From an uncultured delta proteobacterium (lineage in GTDB: Bacteria; Myxococcota; Myxococcia; Myxococcales; Myxococcaceae), in NCBI GenBank assembly GCA_963796055.1, contig CAWCKH010000003.1, forward strand, positions 160,001 through 224,000: DNA of 64,000 bases, written 5' to 3'. Positions 21,433-30,191 of the stretch are shown here, piece by piece. Every line of letters starts with the position of its first letter. Position 1 is the stretch's first letter. A program made the translations under genes and the position numbers. The notes beneath the pieces were generated by a model that had not been told where the DNA came from, ran no database searches, and was given only the letters and a program-made list of their open reading frames with translations.

Positions 21433-21504
21433 CTCCCCCCACCACAGCCCCGTGCTCGCGGGCGGTAGCGCCCAGCGTTTCACTCTGGCGAGCGTGGCCG
21501 CGTC

Positions 21505-21825
21505 CGTGTGCCCTCCCCCGTCCCAGTCGTCGCTCCAGGTATGCGTGAGCAGCCAGGGCGGGTCGAGCTCCAGGACCTCGCCCTGCACCGTGAACGGACG
21601 ACCATCCGCGGAGACGCCCTCGCTTCGCCACTTCCCACCGACCCGGAGGTCCATCTGCCAGCGGCGGACCTGGTAGGTCTCCGCCGAGCCCCACCACTCG
21701 ATGACCTCCGGCGTGCTGAGCGCGGCGAAGAGGCGCTCCGGCGAGACGGCGATCTCCACCGTGGCGACGATGCTGCCCGCGGCGGGATCGGCGAGGGCCC
21801 GCGCCGCTCCCCGCGACCGGCTCAT
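21505..21825 (-). pseudogene. SRPBCC/AHSA1 protein, C-terminally truncated
   Basis: IVATVEIAVSPERLFAAL...WW...MDLRVGGKW...GEVLELDPP.LLTHTW, then similarity stops. The ORF runs on antisense through the tRNA, and the final strands and helix of the fold are missing. Confidence 0.6.
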
Positions 21826-22145
21826 CCTCCGGTCTCCAAATGCTTCCGGAGCGCGTTCAGGTTCGTGACCCAGAACGCGCGGTAGCCCTCCACCCAGCCG
21901 GAGACGCGCTGCAGCGGCATCGGGTCCAGCGCGTAGATCCGCTCGCGGCCGCGCCGCTGCTCCCGCACCAGACGTGCCTTGCGCAGCACGCCCAGGTGCT
22001 TGGAGATGGCAGGCCGGCTCTGGGTGAACTCGGCAGCGAGGGCGTTCACCGGTGCGGCCCCACCGCGCAGCCGGTCGAGGAGTGCCCGGCGGGTCGGATT
22101 GGCGATGGCCCGGAAGACGTCGGAGTGGGCGCGGATTCGACTCAT
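21822..22145 (-). CDS. ArsR/SmtB family transcriptional regulator
   Basis: VFRAIANPTRRALL...SRPAISKHLGVLRKARLV...GRERIY. Confidence 0.92.
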   Translation of the reverse strand: MSRIRAHSDVFRAIANPTRRALLDRLRGGAAPVNALAAEFTQSRPAISKHLGVLRKARLVREQRRGRERIYALDPMPLQRVSGWVEGYRAFWVTNLNALRKHLETGG

Positions 22146-22203
22146 GGTGCCGACAGGTTACGAATCAAGAAGCTTCAGATCCAGCCCTTCATGGCAAAGC
22201 CGC

Positions 22204-22241
22204 TTGACGATGGGTATATATGTACCCTATTGGTTACCTAT
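22204..22241. promoter_or_regulatory. Divergent promoter with putative ArsR operator
   Basis: TTGACG at 22204 followed by an AT-rich imperfect palindrome ATATGTACC-N6-GTTACCTAT (22218-22241) and overlapping GGGTATATATGTACCC. Confidence 0.55.
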
Positions 22242-22282
22242 ACCGGGCCGGCAGCTCGTGGACGCGGAAGGAGAGAGCCTGC

Positions 22283-22729
22283 ATGCCATCACCCATCGAG
22301 ATCCGAAGCGAGGTGTACGTCGCTGCCCTGCCCGAGGTCGTCTGGCGCGCGATCGTCGACCCGGAGATGACCCGGGCGTACGTGTACGGGACGCGATTCC
22401 GGAGCACGCTCGTCGCCGGGGCTCCGTACACGTACGTCGGCGAGGGGGACCGGATCGCCGTCTCCGGGACCGTTCTGGCCTGCGAGGTGTATCGCCGGCT
22501 GGTCATGACCTGGACGGCGCACTGGGACCCCTCGGTCGAGGCAGATCCGCCCTCCCGCGTCACCTGGGAGCTCGAGGCGGCTGGGCCGGCGACGACCCGG
22601 GTCCGCGTCGTCCACGGCGGATTCGAGACGCGGACGCCCACCTACGTCAGCTCTGTCGACGCCTGGCCCTTCCTGCTCTCGTCCCTCAAGAGCCTGGTCG
22701 AGACCGGCCGCGCGTTGCAGGCGGCATGA
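22283..22729 (+). CDS. SRPBCC/AHSA1 domain protein
   Basis: EVYVAALPEVVWRAIVDPEMT, PPSRVTWELE, WPFLLSSLKSLVETG; AAGGAG SD. Confidence 0.9.
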   Translation: MPSPIEIRSEVYVAALPEVVWRAIVDPEMTRAYVYGTRFRSTLVAGAPYTYVGEGDRIAVSGTVLACEVYRRLVMTWTAHWDPSVEADPPSRVTWELEAAGPATTRVRVVHGGFETRTPTYVSSVDAWPFLLSSLKSLVETGRALQAA

Positions 22730-22748
22730 CCGTCCGGCTGCCGCTTAG

Positions 22749-22804
22749 TTGACAACCCGTCCAGACGGGCGAACCTCGGAGGACCGACGCGACAGACCTG
22801 TCGC
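22749..22804 (+). promoter_or_regulatory. Putative promoter with two palindromic operators upstream of the RHH gene
   Basis: TTGACA 22749-22754; CCCGTC-CA-GACGGG 22756-22769; GCGACAG-AC-CTGTCGC 22789-22804. Confidence 0.45.
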
Positions 22805-22825
22805 ACCGGAGAGGAGCTCGCCCGT

Positions 22826-23038
22826 ATGGAACCCATCCCCACCTCCCCCGAGGCCCCGGCCGCGGCCGAGCAGACCGGGGACCCGGACGCCAGCTTCACC
22901 GTCAGCACGCACGTCCTCGTCCCGGAGGAGGACGTGAGGCGGTTGAGGGCGCTCTCCGCCCGCACCCGGGTGGCCCAGAGCGACTACCTCCGCGAGGCGG
23001 TGGAGGACCTCCTCAAGAAATACGGTGTGGAGCCATGA
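22826..23038 (+). CDS. Ribbon-helix-helix DNA-binding protein
   Basis: VSTHVLVPEEDVRRLRALSARTRVAQSDYLREAVEDLLKKY (strand-helix-helix pattern); GAGGAG SD. Confidence 0.85.
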   Translation: MEPIPTSPEAPAAAEQTGDPDASFTVSTHVLVPEEDVRRLRALSARTRVAQSDYLREAVEDLLKKYGVEP

Positions 23039-23187
23039 CACCCCCGCCGACCGACCACGTCCGAGAGTCGCCGCCCCTGCCCGGCGCGCCCAGGACCCGT
23101 CCGGTGCTGCGCCCCGAGTCCCCTGCCCCGTCGCGCCCCGAAGGCATCGTCCAGGCGATCCAGGCCTGGCTCGACGCACAGCTGTAG
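23035..23187 (+). CDS. Small 50-aa Pro-rich protein with amphipathic C-terminal helix
   Basis: ATGA overlap with the RHH stop; MTPPPTDHVRESPPLPGAPRTRPVLRPESPAPSRPEGIVQAIQAWLDAQL*. Below the ORF-track cutoff. Confidence 0.55.
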   Translation: MTPPPTDHVRESPPLPGAPRTRPVLRPESPAPSRPEGIVQAIQAWLDAQL

Positions 23188-23196
23188 GGCATCGCT

Positions 23197-23639
23197 GACT
23201 GCGGCCGCCCTGACTACTCGACTGCGGCCGCCCGGACCTCGCCGACTGCAGCCCACCTGACGACACCCTGACCCGGACCTCGACTGCGGCCGCCCTGACT
23301 ACTCGACTGCGGCCGCCCGGACCTCGCCGACTGCAGCCCACCTGACGACACCCTGACCCGGACCTCGACTGCGGCCGCCCTGACTACTCGACTGCGGCCG
23401 CCCGGACCTCGCCGACTGCAGCCCACCTGACGACACCCTGACCCGGACCTCGACTGCGGCCGCCCTGACTACTCGACTGCGGCCGCCCGGACCTCGCCGA
23501 CTGCAGCCCACCTGACGACACCCTGACCCGGACCTCGACTGCGGCCGCCCTGACTACTCGACTGCGGCCGCCCGGACCTCGCCGACTGCAGCCCACCTGA
23601 CGACACCCTGACCCGGACCTCGACTGCGGCCGCCCTGAC
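23197..23639. repeat. Tandem array: 5 identical 85-bp units plus an 18-bp partial unit
   Basis: Unit GACTGCGGCCGCCCTGACTACTCGACTGCGGCCGCCCGGACCTCGCCGACTGCAGCCCACCTGACGACACCCTGACCCGGACCTC starts at 23197, 23282, 23367, 23452 and 23537; partial at 23622. Confidence 0.97.
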
Positions 23640-24668
23640 CTAGCTTGCGGTGGAGGCGGCGTTCTCCTCCTGCTCCAGCCTCCCGGCGAGGTCGCGGAAG
23701 GACAGCTGGTCCAGCGAGAGGAAGAGGAGCCCGAGGCCGATCTGCTGCGCGGTCTGGCACAGCCAGAGCACGTTGGCGTAGGCGAGGCCCGGGCCGTTCA
23801 CCACTGCCGCCGGCAGGAACATCGACAGCCCGAGCTTCACTGCAGCCTGGAAGGTGCCGACCATTCCGGGCGCAGCGGGGATCATCACCCCCACCACCAC
23901 CAGGCACATCACCACGTAGCTCTGGACGAGCCAGAGCTGGAAGGGGAAGGCCCGCATCAGCACCCACATCCCGAAGCCGTTCAGGCTCCAGTAGAGCATC
24001 GTCCAGCCGAGGAATGCCGCCAGCTCGGACGGACGGTGGCGCTGCTTCAGCGCGCCCACGAAGCTGTCCACGATGTCCGAGGCGCGCTCGGCCAGCCGGG
24101 GCGACAGCCGTCCCACGGTTCCGCGGACCAGCGCCACCGCCCGGTCGTGGTGCCAGGCGGCGAAGAGCAGGAAGACGAACCCACCGAAGAAGATGGCGAA
24201 CATCGCGTTGGCCCCGTAGCGGGCCAGGCGCACCGGCGTGGCGTCCCCGTGCACGAAGAACAGCAACCCGCGGAGGAGGAGCGAGACGAACACCCCGTCG
24301 GCGATGCGCTCCAGCACCACGCTGGTCATCGCCGCGCTCCGGCGGATCGAGCTGCGCTGGGCGATGAGGAAGGGGCGGGCGAACTCGCCGAGACGGAAGG
24401 GCAGCACCAGCAGCATCATGAAGCCGATGGCGCTGGCGTCGTTCAGGGCCCGGAACCGCACCCGCTCCTGCGAGGCCAGCAGCGCGCCCCAGCGCGCCGT
24501 CCGGCACAGGTGGATGAGCAGGAGAATCGCCAGGTAGGGGAGCACCCAGACGTAGCTCGCCGCGCGGAGGCTCGCCCACTGCTCCGCCCAGTGGGTGTCG
24601 CGGAACGCCCACCAGCCGAACACCAGGGTCACGGCCAGGCTGGCCAGCAGCTTGAGAAGACGCTTCAC
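23640..24668 (-). CDS. Lysylphosphatidylglycerol synthase TM / UPF0104 flippase-like membrane protein
   Basis: RTARWGALL, LPFRLGEFARP, SVVLERIADG, IPAAPGMVGTFQ. Confidence 0.88.
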   Translation of the reverse strand: MKRLLKLLASLAVTLVFGWWAFRDTHWAEQWASLRAASYVWVLPYLAILLLIHLCRTARWGALLASQERVRFRALNDASAIGFMMLLVLPFRLGEFARPFLIAQRSSIRRSAAMTSVVLERIADGVFVSLLLRGLLFFVHGDATPVRLARYGANAMFAIFFGGFVFLLFAAWHHDRAVALVRGTVGRLSPRLAERASDIVDSFVGALKQRHRPSELAAFLGWTMLYWSLNGFGMWVLMRAFPFQLWLVQSYVVMCLVVVGVMIPAAPGMVGTFQAAVKLGLSMFLPAAVVNGPGLAYANVLWLCQTAQQIGLGLLFLSLDQLSFRDLAGRLEQEENAASTAS

Positions 24669-25423
24669 GGGGTGCCGCCGTCTACCCCACCCGCCTCGGC
24701 CATTTCCACCGCCTCGCCACCGAGCACCCGGGCCGGGGCGTCGCGGAACAGACGCTGGACCGCTGCCTCCCCGGCGCAGGCCCGAAGCTCGGCCAGCGCA
24801 CGTTCCACCCACCGCCGCGCCTCGGCGGGCGCGTGCAGGTCGGTCGCCACCACCGCGTACAGGCCCTCGTCGAGGAGGGTTCGCGCGGTGCGCCGGGCGA
24901 CCGGGCCGTAGCGCCCGCTGAGCGCGCCGACGTCGAGCTGCAGCCGGGCGCCCAGCGCCACCACCTCGGCCGCGCGTCCGGGGCGCTGCAGCTCGAGGCA
25001 GCGCTCGGGGTGCGCCAGCAGCGGGATGACCCCCTTGCGCATCATCTGGAACACCAGGGTGGGCAAGGCCGGGACGGGGGCGGCGTAGGGGAGCTCCACC
25101 AGCACGTACGGCCCGTGGTGCACCAGCCGCGCCGCCGGCGTCCCCAGCGATTCGAGGAATCCGTCCTCGACCAGAGCGTTCTCCGCCCCCAGCGCGAGCG
25201 TGAGGGGGACGGAGGCGTCGGCCAGCGCGGTCCGCAGCTCGGCCAGCCGCTCGAGGCAGACCTCCGCCGGCGCGCAGCCGGACCGCGCGTGCGGGCTGAC
25301 CGCCACGGTGGACACGCCCACGTCCACCAGGGCCCGGGCCATCTCCAGGGCGTCCTCGGGCGTGCGCGCGCCGTCATCCACTCCAGGGAGCAGGTGACAG
25401 TGGAGGTCGACGAAGCCGCTCAT
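24665..25423 (-). CDS. CpsB/CapC-type PHP-fold tyrosine-protein phosphatase
   Basis: DLHCHLLPGVDDGA, SPH, LAHPERC, ATDLH. Confidence 0.9.
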   Translation of the reverse strand: MSGFVDLHCHLLPGVDDGARTPEDALEMARALVDVGVSTVAVSPHARSGCAPAEVCLERLAELRTALADASVPLTLALGAENALVEDGFLESLGTPAARLVHHGPYVLVELPYAAPVPALPTLVFQMMRKGVIPLLAHPERCLELQRPGRAAEVVALGARLQLDVGALSGRYGPVARRTARTLLDEGLYAVVATDLHAPAEARRWVERALAELRACAGEAAVQRLFRDAPARVLGGEAVEMAEAGGVDGGTP

Positions 25424-25617
25424 CCGTCCTTCGTCTCGTCGGGGGACGGGGGCTGCTCGTCGCCCTCCGCCGGCGTCGACGGGACCCGGTACTCCTCGCC
25501 GAACCAGCGGCCGAGGTCGATGCGCCGGCAGCGGTCGGAGCAGAACGGGAAGACGGGATTCCTCCCGCGCGGCGCCGCGGGCTTCTTGCACACGGGACAG
25601 GGGGTGAGGCGCTCCAC
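25420..25617 (-). CDS. yacG: DNA gyrase inhibitor YacG
   Basis: CPVCKK...PFCSDRCRRIDLGRWFGEEYRVP. Confidence 0.93.
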   Translation of the reverse strand: MERLTPCPVCKKPAAPRGRNPVFPFCSDRCRRIDLGRWFGEEYRVPSTPAEGDEQPPSPDETKDG

Positions 25618-25630
25618 GGACGCTGCAGTT

Positions 25631-26692
25631 CTAAGGCCGCCGGGCCCCGGGTTCCAGCGCGCCGCCCTGCCCGGCCTTCCGCAGGCGGGCTGCCCGGCGG
25701 CGCGGCAACAGCGAGCGTCCCTGCAGGGCCAGCAGCCCCACCCCGGCCACCACCATCGGGAGGAGGAGGCTCACGTGGTACAGCAGGACGAAAGCGAACG
25801 CCCGGTCGTGCGGCACGCCCGCCGCGGCCAGGGCGGCCGCCCCGGCGGCCTCGAACGAGCCCGCCCCGCCCGGCACCGGCACCACCGTGCCGAGGTTGGC
25901 CGCGGTCACCAGGGCGAAGGCCACCATGGGGGACAGGGAGAGATCGAGCGCGCGAGCGGCCACCATGACCACCGGCACCTCCCAGAGCCAGGGGAGCGGC
26001 GCGAGCACCGCCTCGATCACCACCAGGCTCCGGACGTCGTGCGCGGCGAACCCGGAGCGGAGCTTCTGCAGCCAGCGCGGGCCCGGATCGAGGCGGGGCG
26101 ACAGCCGCCGGAGCACCGGGCGATGCGCGATGGCCACCAGGGCCGCCGACCCGAGCACCAGCAGCGCCAGGACGCCGATGGCGTGGAGCAGCCAGGTCGG
26201 GGGCCGCTCCTTCCAGCCGACCAGGCTGACCGCGCAGGTGACGACGAAGGCCAGGAGCCAGCCTTCCTTGTCGCTCCAGTAGTCCAGCAGCTCGGTGCCG
26301 AGCAAGGTCACCCGGCTGAGCCCGGTGCGCTTGCCGAGGTACTGGACCCGGATGAGGTCTCCACCCCGCGCGGGGAGCAGGACGTTGAAGGCCGAGCCGA
26401 CGAGCATCGCCGCGTAGGCCTCGCGGTAGCGGAGCGGGAGCACCGGCCGGACCACCCACCACCAGCGCAGCGCCTGGAGCCCGAGCAGGACGAAGGTGCC
26501 GCCCACCGCGGCGAGCAAGGGAAGCGGACGGGCGCTGCGAAGCGTGCCGAGCAGGTCGCGGAGGCGCAGCCCCATGAGGCGGGCGACGAGCACCGCGCTC
26601 CCGATGCCGAGGACGATGCCCCCCGCGGTCCGGGCGACGGAGACCCAGCGCGGCCGCCGGGGCCCGGGGTCTTCCCTGTCCTCGGCAGGCAT
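25631..26692 (-). CDS. Second UPF0104/LPG-synthase-TM flippase-like membrane protein
   Basis: LQALRWW, FNVLLPARGGDLIR, PVPGGAGSFE, FAFVLLYH. Confidence 0.85.
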   Translation of the reverse strand: MPAEDREDPGPRRPRWVSVARTAGGIVLGIGSAVLVARLMGLRLRDLLGTLRSARPLPLLAAVGGTFVLLGLQALRWWWVVRPVLPLRYREAYAAMLVGSAFNVLLPARGGDLIRVQYLGKRTGLSRVTLLGTELLDYWSDKEGWLLAFVVTCAVSLVGWKERPPTWLLHAIGVLALLVLGSAALVAIAHRPVLRRLSPRLDPGPRWLQKLRSGFAAHDVRSLVVIEAVLAPLPWLWEVPVVMVAARALDLSLSPMVAFALVTAANLGTVVPVPGGAGSFEAAGAAALAAAGVPHDRAFAFVLLYHVSLLLPMVVAGVGLLALQGRSLLPRRRAARLRKAGQGGALEPGARRP

Positions 26693-26753
26693 CGAGCGGG
26701 GAAGGTGGTACGGCCGCCCCGCCCTTGCAATGGTGGCCCCGAGGAGAGCCACC

Positions 26754-27749
26754 ATGCGCGCCGTCCGCATCGAGCAGCCCGGAAGCGCCCGGGGCCTGCG
26801 CCTGGTCGAGGTCGAGGAGCCGGTCCCCGGTCCGGCGGAGATCCTGGTCGACGTCCACGCCACCGCGCTGAACCGGGCGGACTGGCTGCAGATCCTCGGG
26901 AAGTACCCGGTGCCCCCGGGGACGCCAGCGGACCTGCCAGGGATGGAGTACGCGGGCACGGTGCGCACCGCCGGGCCGCGCGCGGTCCGCTTCCGGCCTG
27001 GTGACCGGGTGATGGGGCTGGTCCCCGGTGCGGCCTTCGCCGAGCGCCTCGTCACCCACGAGCGAGAGGCGGTGCCGGTGCCGGAGCCCCTGTCGCTGAC
27101 CGACGCCGCGGCCGTTCCCGAGGCCTTCTTCACCGCGTTCGACGCTCTGGTGCTTCAGGGGCGGCTCGGCGCGGGCGAGCGGGTGCTGGTGCACGCGGTG
27201 GCGAGCGGCGTGGGCACCGCGGCGGTGCAGATCGTCCAGGCGGCGAGCGCCGCGTCGATCGGCACCGCGCGGAGTGCGGGCAAGCTCGAGCGGGCGGCGG
27301 CGGTGGCCCCCTTCACCGCCCTCACCGTGGATCGGGACGCGCCCCGGTTCGCGGAGCGAGTGCTGGAGCTCACCCGCGGCGCAGGGGTCGATCTGGTGCT
27401 CGACCTCGTCGGCGGCCGGTACACGGCGGAGTCGCTGGCCTGTCTGGCCCTCCGCGGCCGGATGGTGCTGGTGGGCACCGTGGACGGAGTGAAGACCGAG
27501 CTCGACCTCCGGCTGGCGCTCGGCAAGCGGGTGCAGATCACCGGCACCGTGCTCCGGGCCCGGCCCCTCGAGGAGAAGGCGGCGCTCGCCCGGGCGGTGG
27601 AGCGGCACGTCCTGCCGCTGTTCGCCCGCGGCCTCTACCGGCCAGTCGTCGACCGGGTCCTAACCGTGGACCAGGTGGCGGAGGCGTTCGAGCATCTGGC
27701 GGCGGACCGGAACGTGGGAAAGATCGTCCTGGCATGGAGCGACCGATGA
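26754..27749 (+). CDS. NAD(P)H-quinone oxidoreductase, PIG3/zeta-crystallin family
   Basis: ALNRAD, PGMEYAG, AAAVPEAFFTA, HAVASGVGTAA, GKIVL; GAGGAG SD. Confidence 0.92.
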   Translation: MRAVRIEQPGSARGLRLVEVEEPVPGPAEILVDVHATALNRADWLQILGKYPVPPGTPADLPGMEYAGTVRTAGPRAVRFRPGDRVMGLVPGAAFAERLVTHEREAVPVPEPLSLTDAAAVPEAFFTAFDALVLQGRLGAGERVLVHAVASGVGTAAVQIVQAASAASIGTARSAGKLERAAAVAPFTALTVDRDAPRFAERVLELTRGAGVDLVLDLVGGRYTAESLACLALRGRMVLVGTVDGVKTELDLRLALGKRVQITGTVLRARPLEEKAALARAVERHVLPLFARGLYRPVVDRVLTVDQVAEAFEHLAADRNVGKIVLAWSDR

Positions 27750-28774
27750 GCTTCGATCCCGGCGCCCCCGGACTTCCTGGGAAGGCGTACGGCCTCCCCC
27801 ACTCCGTCGACGAGGCCCGGGTGGTGCTGGTCCCCGTGCCGTTCGAGGCGACCACCAGCTACGGGGGCGGGGCGGCGGAAGGACCCGCGGCGGTGCTCCG
27901 GGCCTCTGCGCAGGTGGACCTCTTTGACCTCGAGACCGGCCGCCCGTACGTGGATGGCATCGCCATGCTTCCCGAGGATGGCCGGGTCAGAGGCTGGAAC
28001 GACGAGGCCAAGCGGCTCGCCGGGCCGATCATCGAGGCCGGCGGCGCGTCCGCCTCGGACGCGGGCCTTACCAGGGTGAACGCTCTGTGCGAGGAGCTCA
28101 ATGCCTGGCTGGAGCGCACCGTGGCCAGGCTCATCGCCGACGGGAAGCTGGTGGCCACGGTGGGCGGCGACCACGGAAGCGTCTACGGCGCAATCGCCGC
28201 CCACGCGCACGCGTATCCGGGCATGGGCATCCTCCACCTGGACGCGCACGCCGACCTCCGGGATGCGTACGAGGGCTTCATCTGGTCGCACGCCTCCATC
28301 TTCTACAACGTGGTGCACAGGCTTCCGGAGGTCTCTCGGCTGGTGCAGGTGGGCCTGCGCGACGTCTCCGAGGACGAGTTCCGGCTGGCCGACGCCTCGG
28401 GAGGCCGCATCGTCCTCCACACCGACCCCGAGCTGAAGCGCCGGGCCTTCGACGGCGAGCCCTGGGCGCGGCAGGTGGAGCGGATGGTCGAGCGCCTTCC
28501 GGAGCAGGTCTACCTCTCCTTCGACGTCGACGGGCTCGACCCGACCCTGTGCCCGCACACCGGGACCCCGGTGCCCGGGGGGCTCTCCTTCCCCGAGGCC
28601 ACCGCGCTCGTCGCCGGGGTGGTGCGCTCGGGGCGGCGGATCATCGGCATGGACCTGGACGAGGTGGCCCCCGGCCCCGAGGGCGACGAGTGGGACGGGA
28701 ACGTGGGGGCCCGACTGCTCTACAAGATGATCGGCTGGGCGCTCCGATCCCAGCGCGGAGGGGAAGGACGCTGA
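27746..28774 (+). CDS. speB: Agmatinase (ureohydrolase family)
   Basis: GGDH, DAHAD, SHAS, SFDVDGLDP, TGTPVPGG. Confidence 0.88.
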   Translation: MSFDPGAPGLPGKAYGLPHSVDEARVVLVPVPFEATTSYGGGAAEGPAAVLRASAQVDLFDLETGRPYVDGIAMLPEDGRVRGWNDEAKRLAGPIIEAGGASASDAGLTRVNALCEELNAWLERTVARLIADGKLVATVGGDHGSVYGAIAAHAHAYPGMGILHLDAHADLRDAYEGFIWSHASIFYNVVHRLPEVSRLVQVGLRDVSEDEFRLADASGGRIVLHTDPELKRRAFDGEPWARQVERMVERLPEQVYLSFDVDGLDPTLCPHTGTPVPGGLSFPEATALVAGVVRSGRRIIGMDLDEVAPGPEGDEWDGNVGARLLYKMIGWALRSQRGGEGR

Positions 28775-30075
28775 TGCGCCCGGCGATGGTGGTGGCGCTG
28801 GGCCTGCTGGCGCTCCCCGCGGCCCGGGCGGACGTGGCCCGACGCCGCTCGGCCGTGGTGGACGTGGTGCAGAAGGTCGGTCCGGCAGTGGTCTTCATCG
28901 GCACCGAGCAGGTGGTGGACCGGCGGATGCGCGGCTCGCCACTGGAGGAGTTCTTCTTCGGCGACGGCAGCCGGCAGCAGCGGCAGACGGTGCAGTCGCT
29001 CGGGTCGGGGGTGATCATCGACCCCGGCGGGACCATCGTCACCAATGACCACGTCATCCGTGGCGCCTCGGCGGTGCACGTGGTGCTCGCCGACGGGCGC
29101 CAGCTCGACGCCGAGGTGGTGGGGGCGGACGCGCAGAACGACCTGGCCGTGCTCCGCGTCGCCTCGAAGAGCCCGCTCCCTGCGGCGAGGCTGGGCACCT
29201 CGAGCGACTTGATGATCGGCGAGACGGTGGTGGCCATCGGCAGCCCGTTCGGGCTCACCAAGACCGTCACCTCGGGCGTGCTCTCGGCGGTGGGCCGCAG
29301 CTTCAAGGCCAACGACCAGCTCTACATCGACTTCCTGCAGACCGACGCGGCAATCAACCCCGGCAACTCGGGCGGTCCGTTGATGAACCTCGACGGCGAG
29401 GTCATCGGTATCAACACCGCCATCTTCAGCGGGGCGCAGGGCATCGGCTTCGCCATCCCGGTGGACAAGGTGCGCCGCATCGTCCAGGAGCTGAAGAGCT
29501 TCGGGAAGGTGCGCCCGGCCTGGGTGGGCATCAATGCGGTGGACCTGACTGCGCCGGTCGCGCGGCGGCTCGGCTGGGAGCGCAGCGACGGGGTGGTGGT
29601 GGAGTCGGTGGACGCCGGCAGCCCCGCCGCGGCCGCCGGCGTGCAACCCGGGGACGTGGTGGCCGAGCTCGGCGGCAGCCCGGTGCAGGACACCGACGAG
29701 TTCCAGGCCCGTGTCCGGGGCTACCCGGCGAAGGCGGTGATGCCGCTCGTTCTCTGGCGCGAGGGCCGGAAGCTCACCGTGACGGTGACCCCGGCCGAGT
29801 TCCCGTCGCAGCAGGCCGACGCCTTCGCCTGGGACCGGCTGGGGCTGCGCCTCGCCCCCGCGCGGGGAACGCTGGCCGTGTCGGCGGTGCGCGCACAGAG
29901 CCAGGCCGAGGACTTCGGGATCGAACGGGGAGATCTGATCGTCCGCCTGAACAACGTCGCCCTGGACTCACTGGCGACGTTTCGCGAGGCGCTGATCTCG
30001 GCCCGGCACGCGCGCTCTGTGCTGCTCGTCGTCCGTCGTGGGGGTCGCAACTACCTCGTCACGTTCCGCCTGTAA
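28774..30075 (+). CDS. HtrA/DegP-type serine protease with two PDZ domains
   Basis: GSGVII, TNDHV, DLAVL, QTDAAINPGNSGG; signal peptide. Confidence 0.93.
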   Translation: MRPAMVVALGLLALPAARADVARRRSAVVDVVQKVGPAVVFIGTEQVVDRRMRGSPLEEFFFGDGSRQQRQTVQSLGSGVIIDPGGTIVTNDHVIRGASAVHVVLADGRQLDAEVVGADAQNDLAVLRVASKSPLPAARLGTSSDLMIGETVVAIGSPFGLTKTVTSGVLSAVGRSFKANDQLYIDFLQTDAAINPGNSGGPLMNLDGEVIGINTAIFSGAQGIGFAIPVDKVRRIVQELKSFGKVRPAWVGINAVDLTAPVARRLGWERSDGVVVESVDAGSPAAAAGVQPGDVVAELGGSPVQDTDEFQARVRGYPAKAVMPLVLWREGRKLTVTVTPAEFPSQQADAFAWDRLGLRLAPARGTLAVSAVRAQSQAEDFGIERGDLIVRLNNVALDSLATFREALISARHARSVLLVVRRGGRNYLVTFRL

Positions 30076-30191
30076 GGGGTCACTGTGCACCCTGTTGCGC
30101 CGATGGTACGACTCCTGGGCACAGGACGGGGTGGCATGCACCCGGCCGACTTCTCGGTGCTCGAGCAGGCGCAGTAGAGTGCCGCTCCAGC

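Noticed and set aside
21370..21504. C-terminal part of the 151-aa ORF overlapping the tRNA
   Set aside because: It is the antisense translation of the tRNA and its trailer (WLGPESNREPADYETAALTS).
21410..23200. attR duplication or integrase for an island at the tRNA(CAT) gene
   Set aside because: No repeat of the tRNA 3' end was found by eye and no integrase ORF is present.
23214..23596. Three identical 70-aa minus-strand ORFs
   Set aside because: They arise from the 85-bp period (not a multiple of 3) with one stop per unit; no SD and no protein-like features.
23197..23639. CRISPR array
   Set aside because: Whole 85-bp units are identical, so there are no unique spacers; no cas genes or AT-rich leader.
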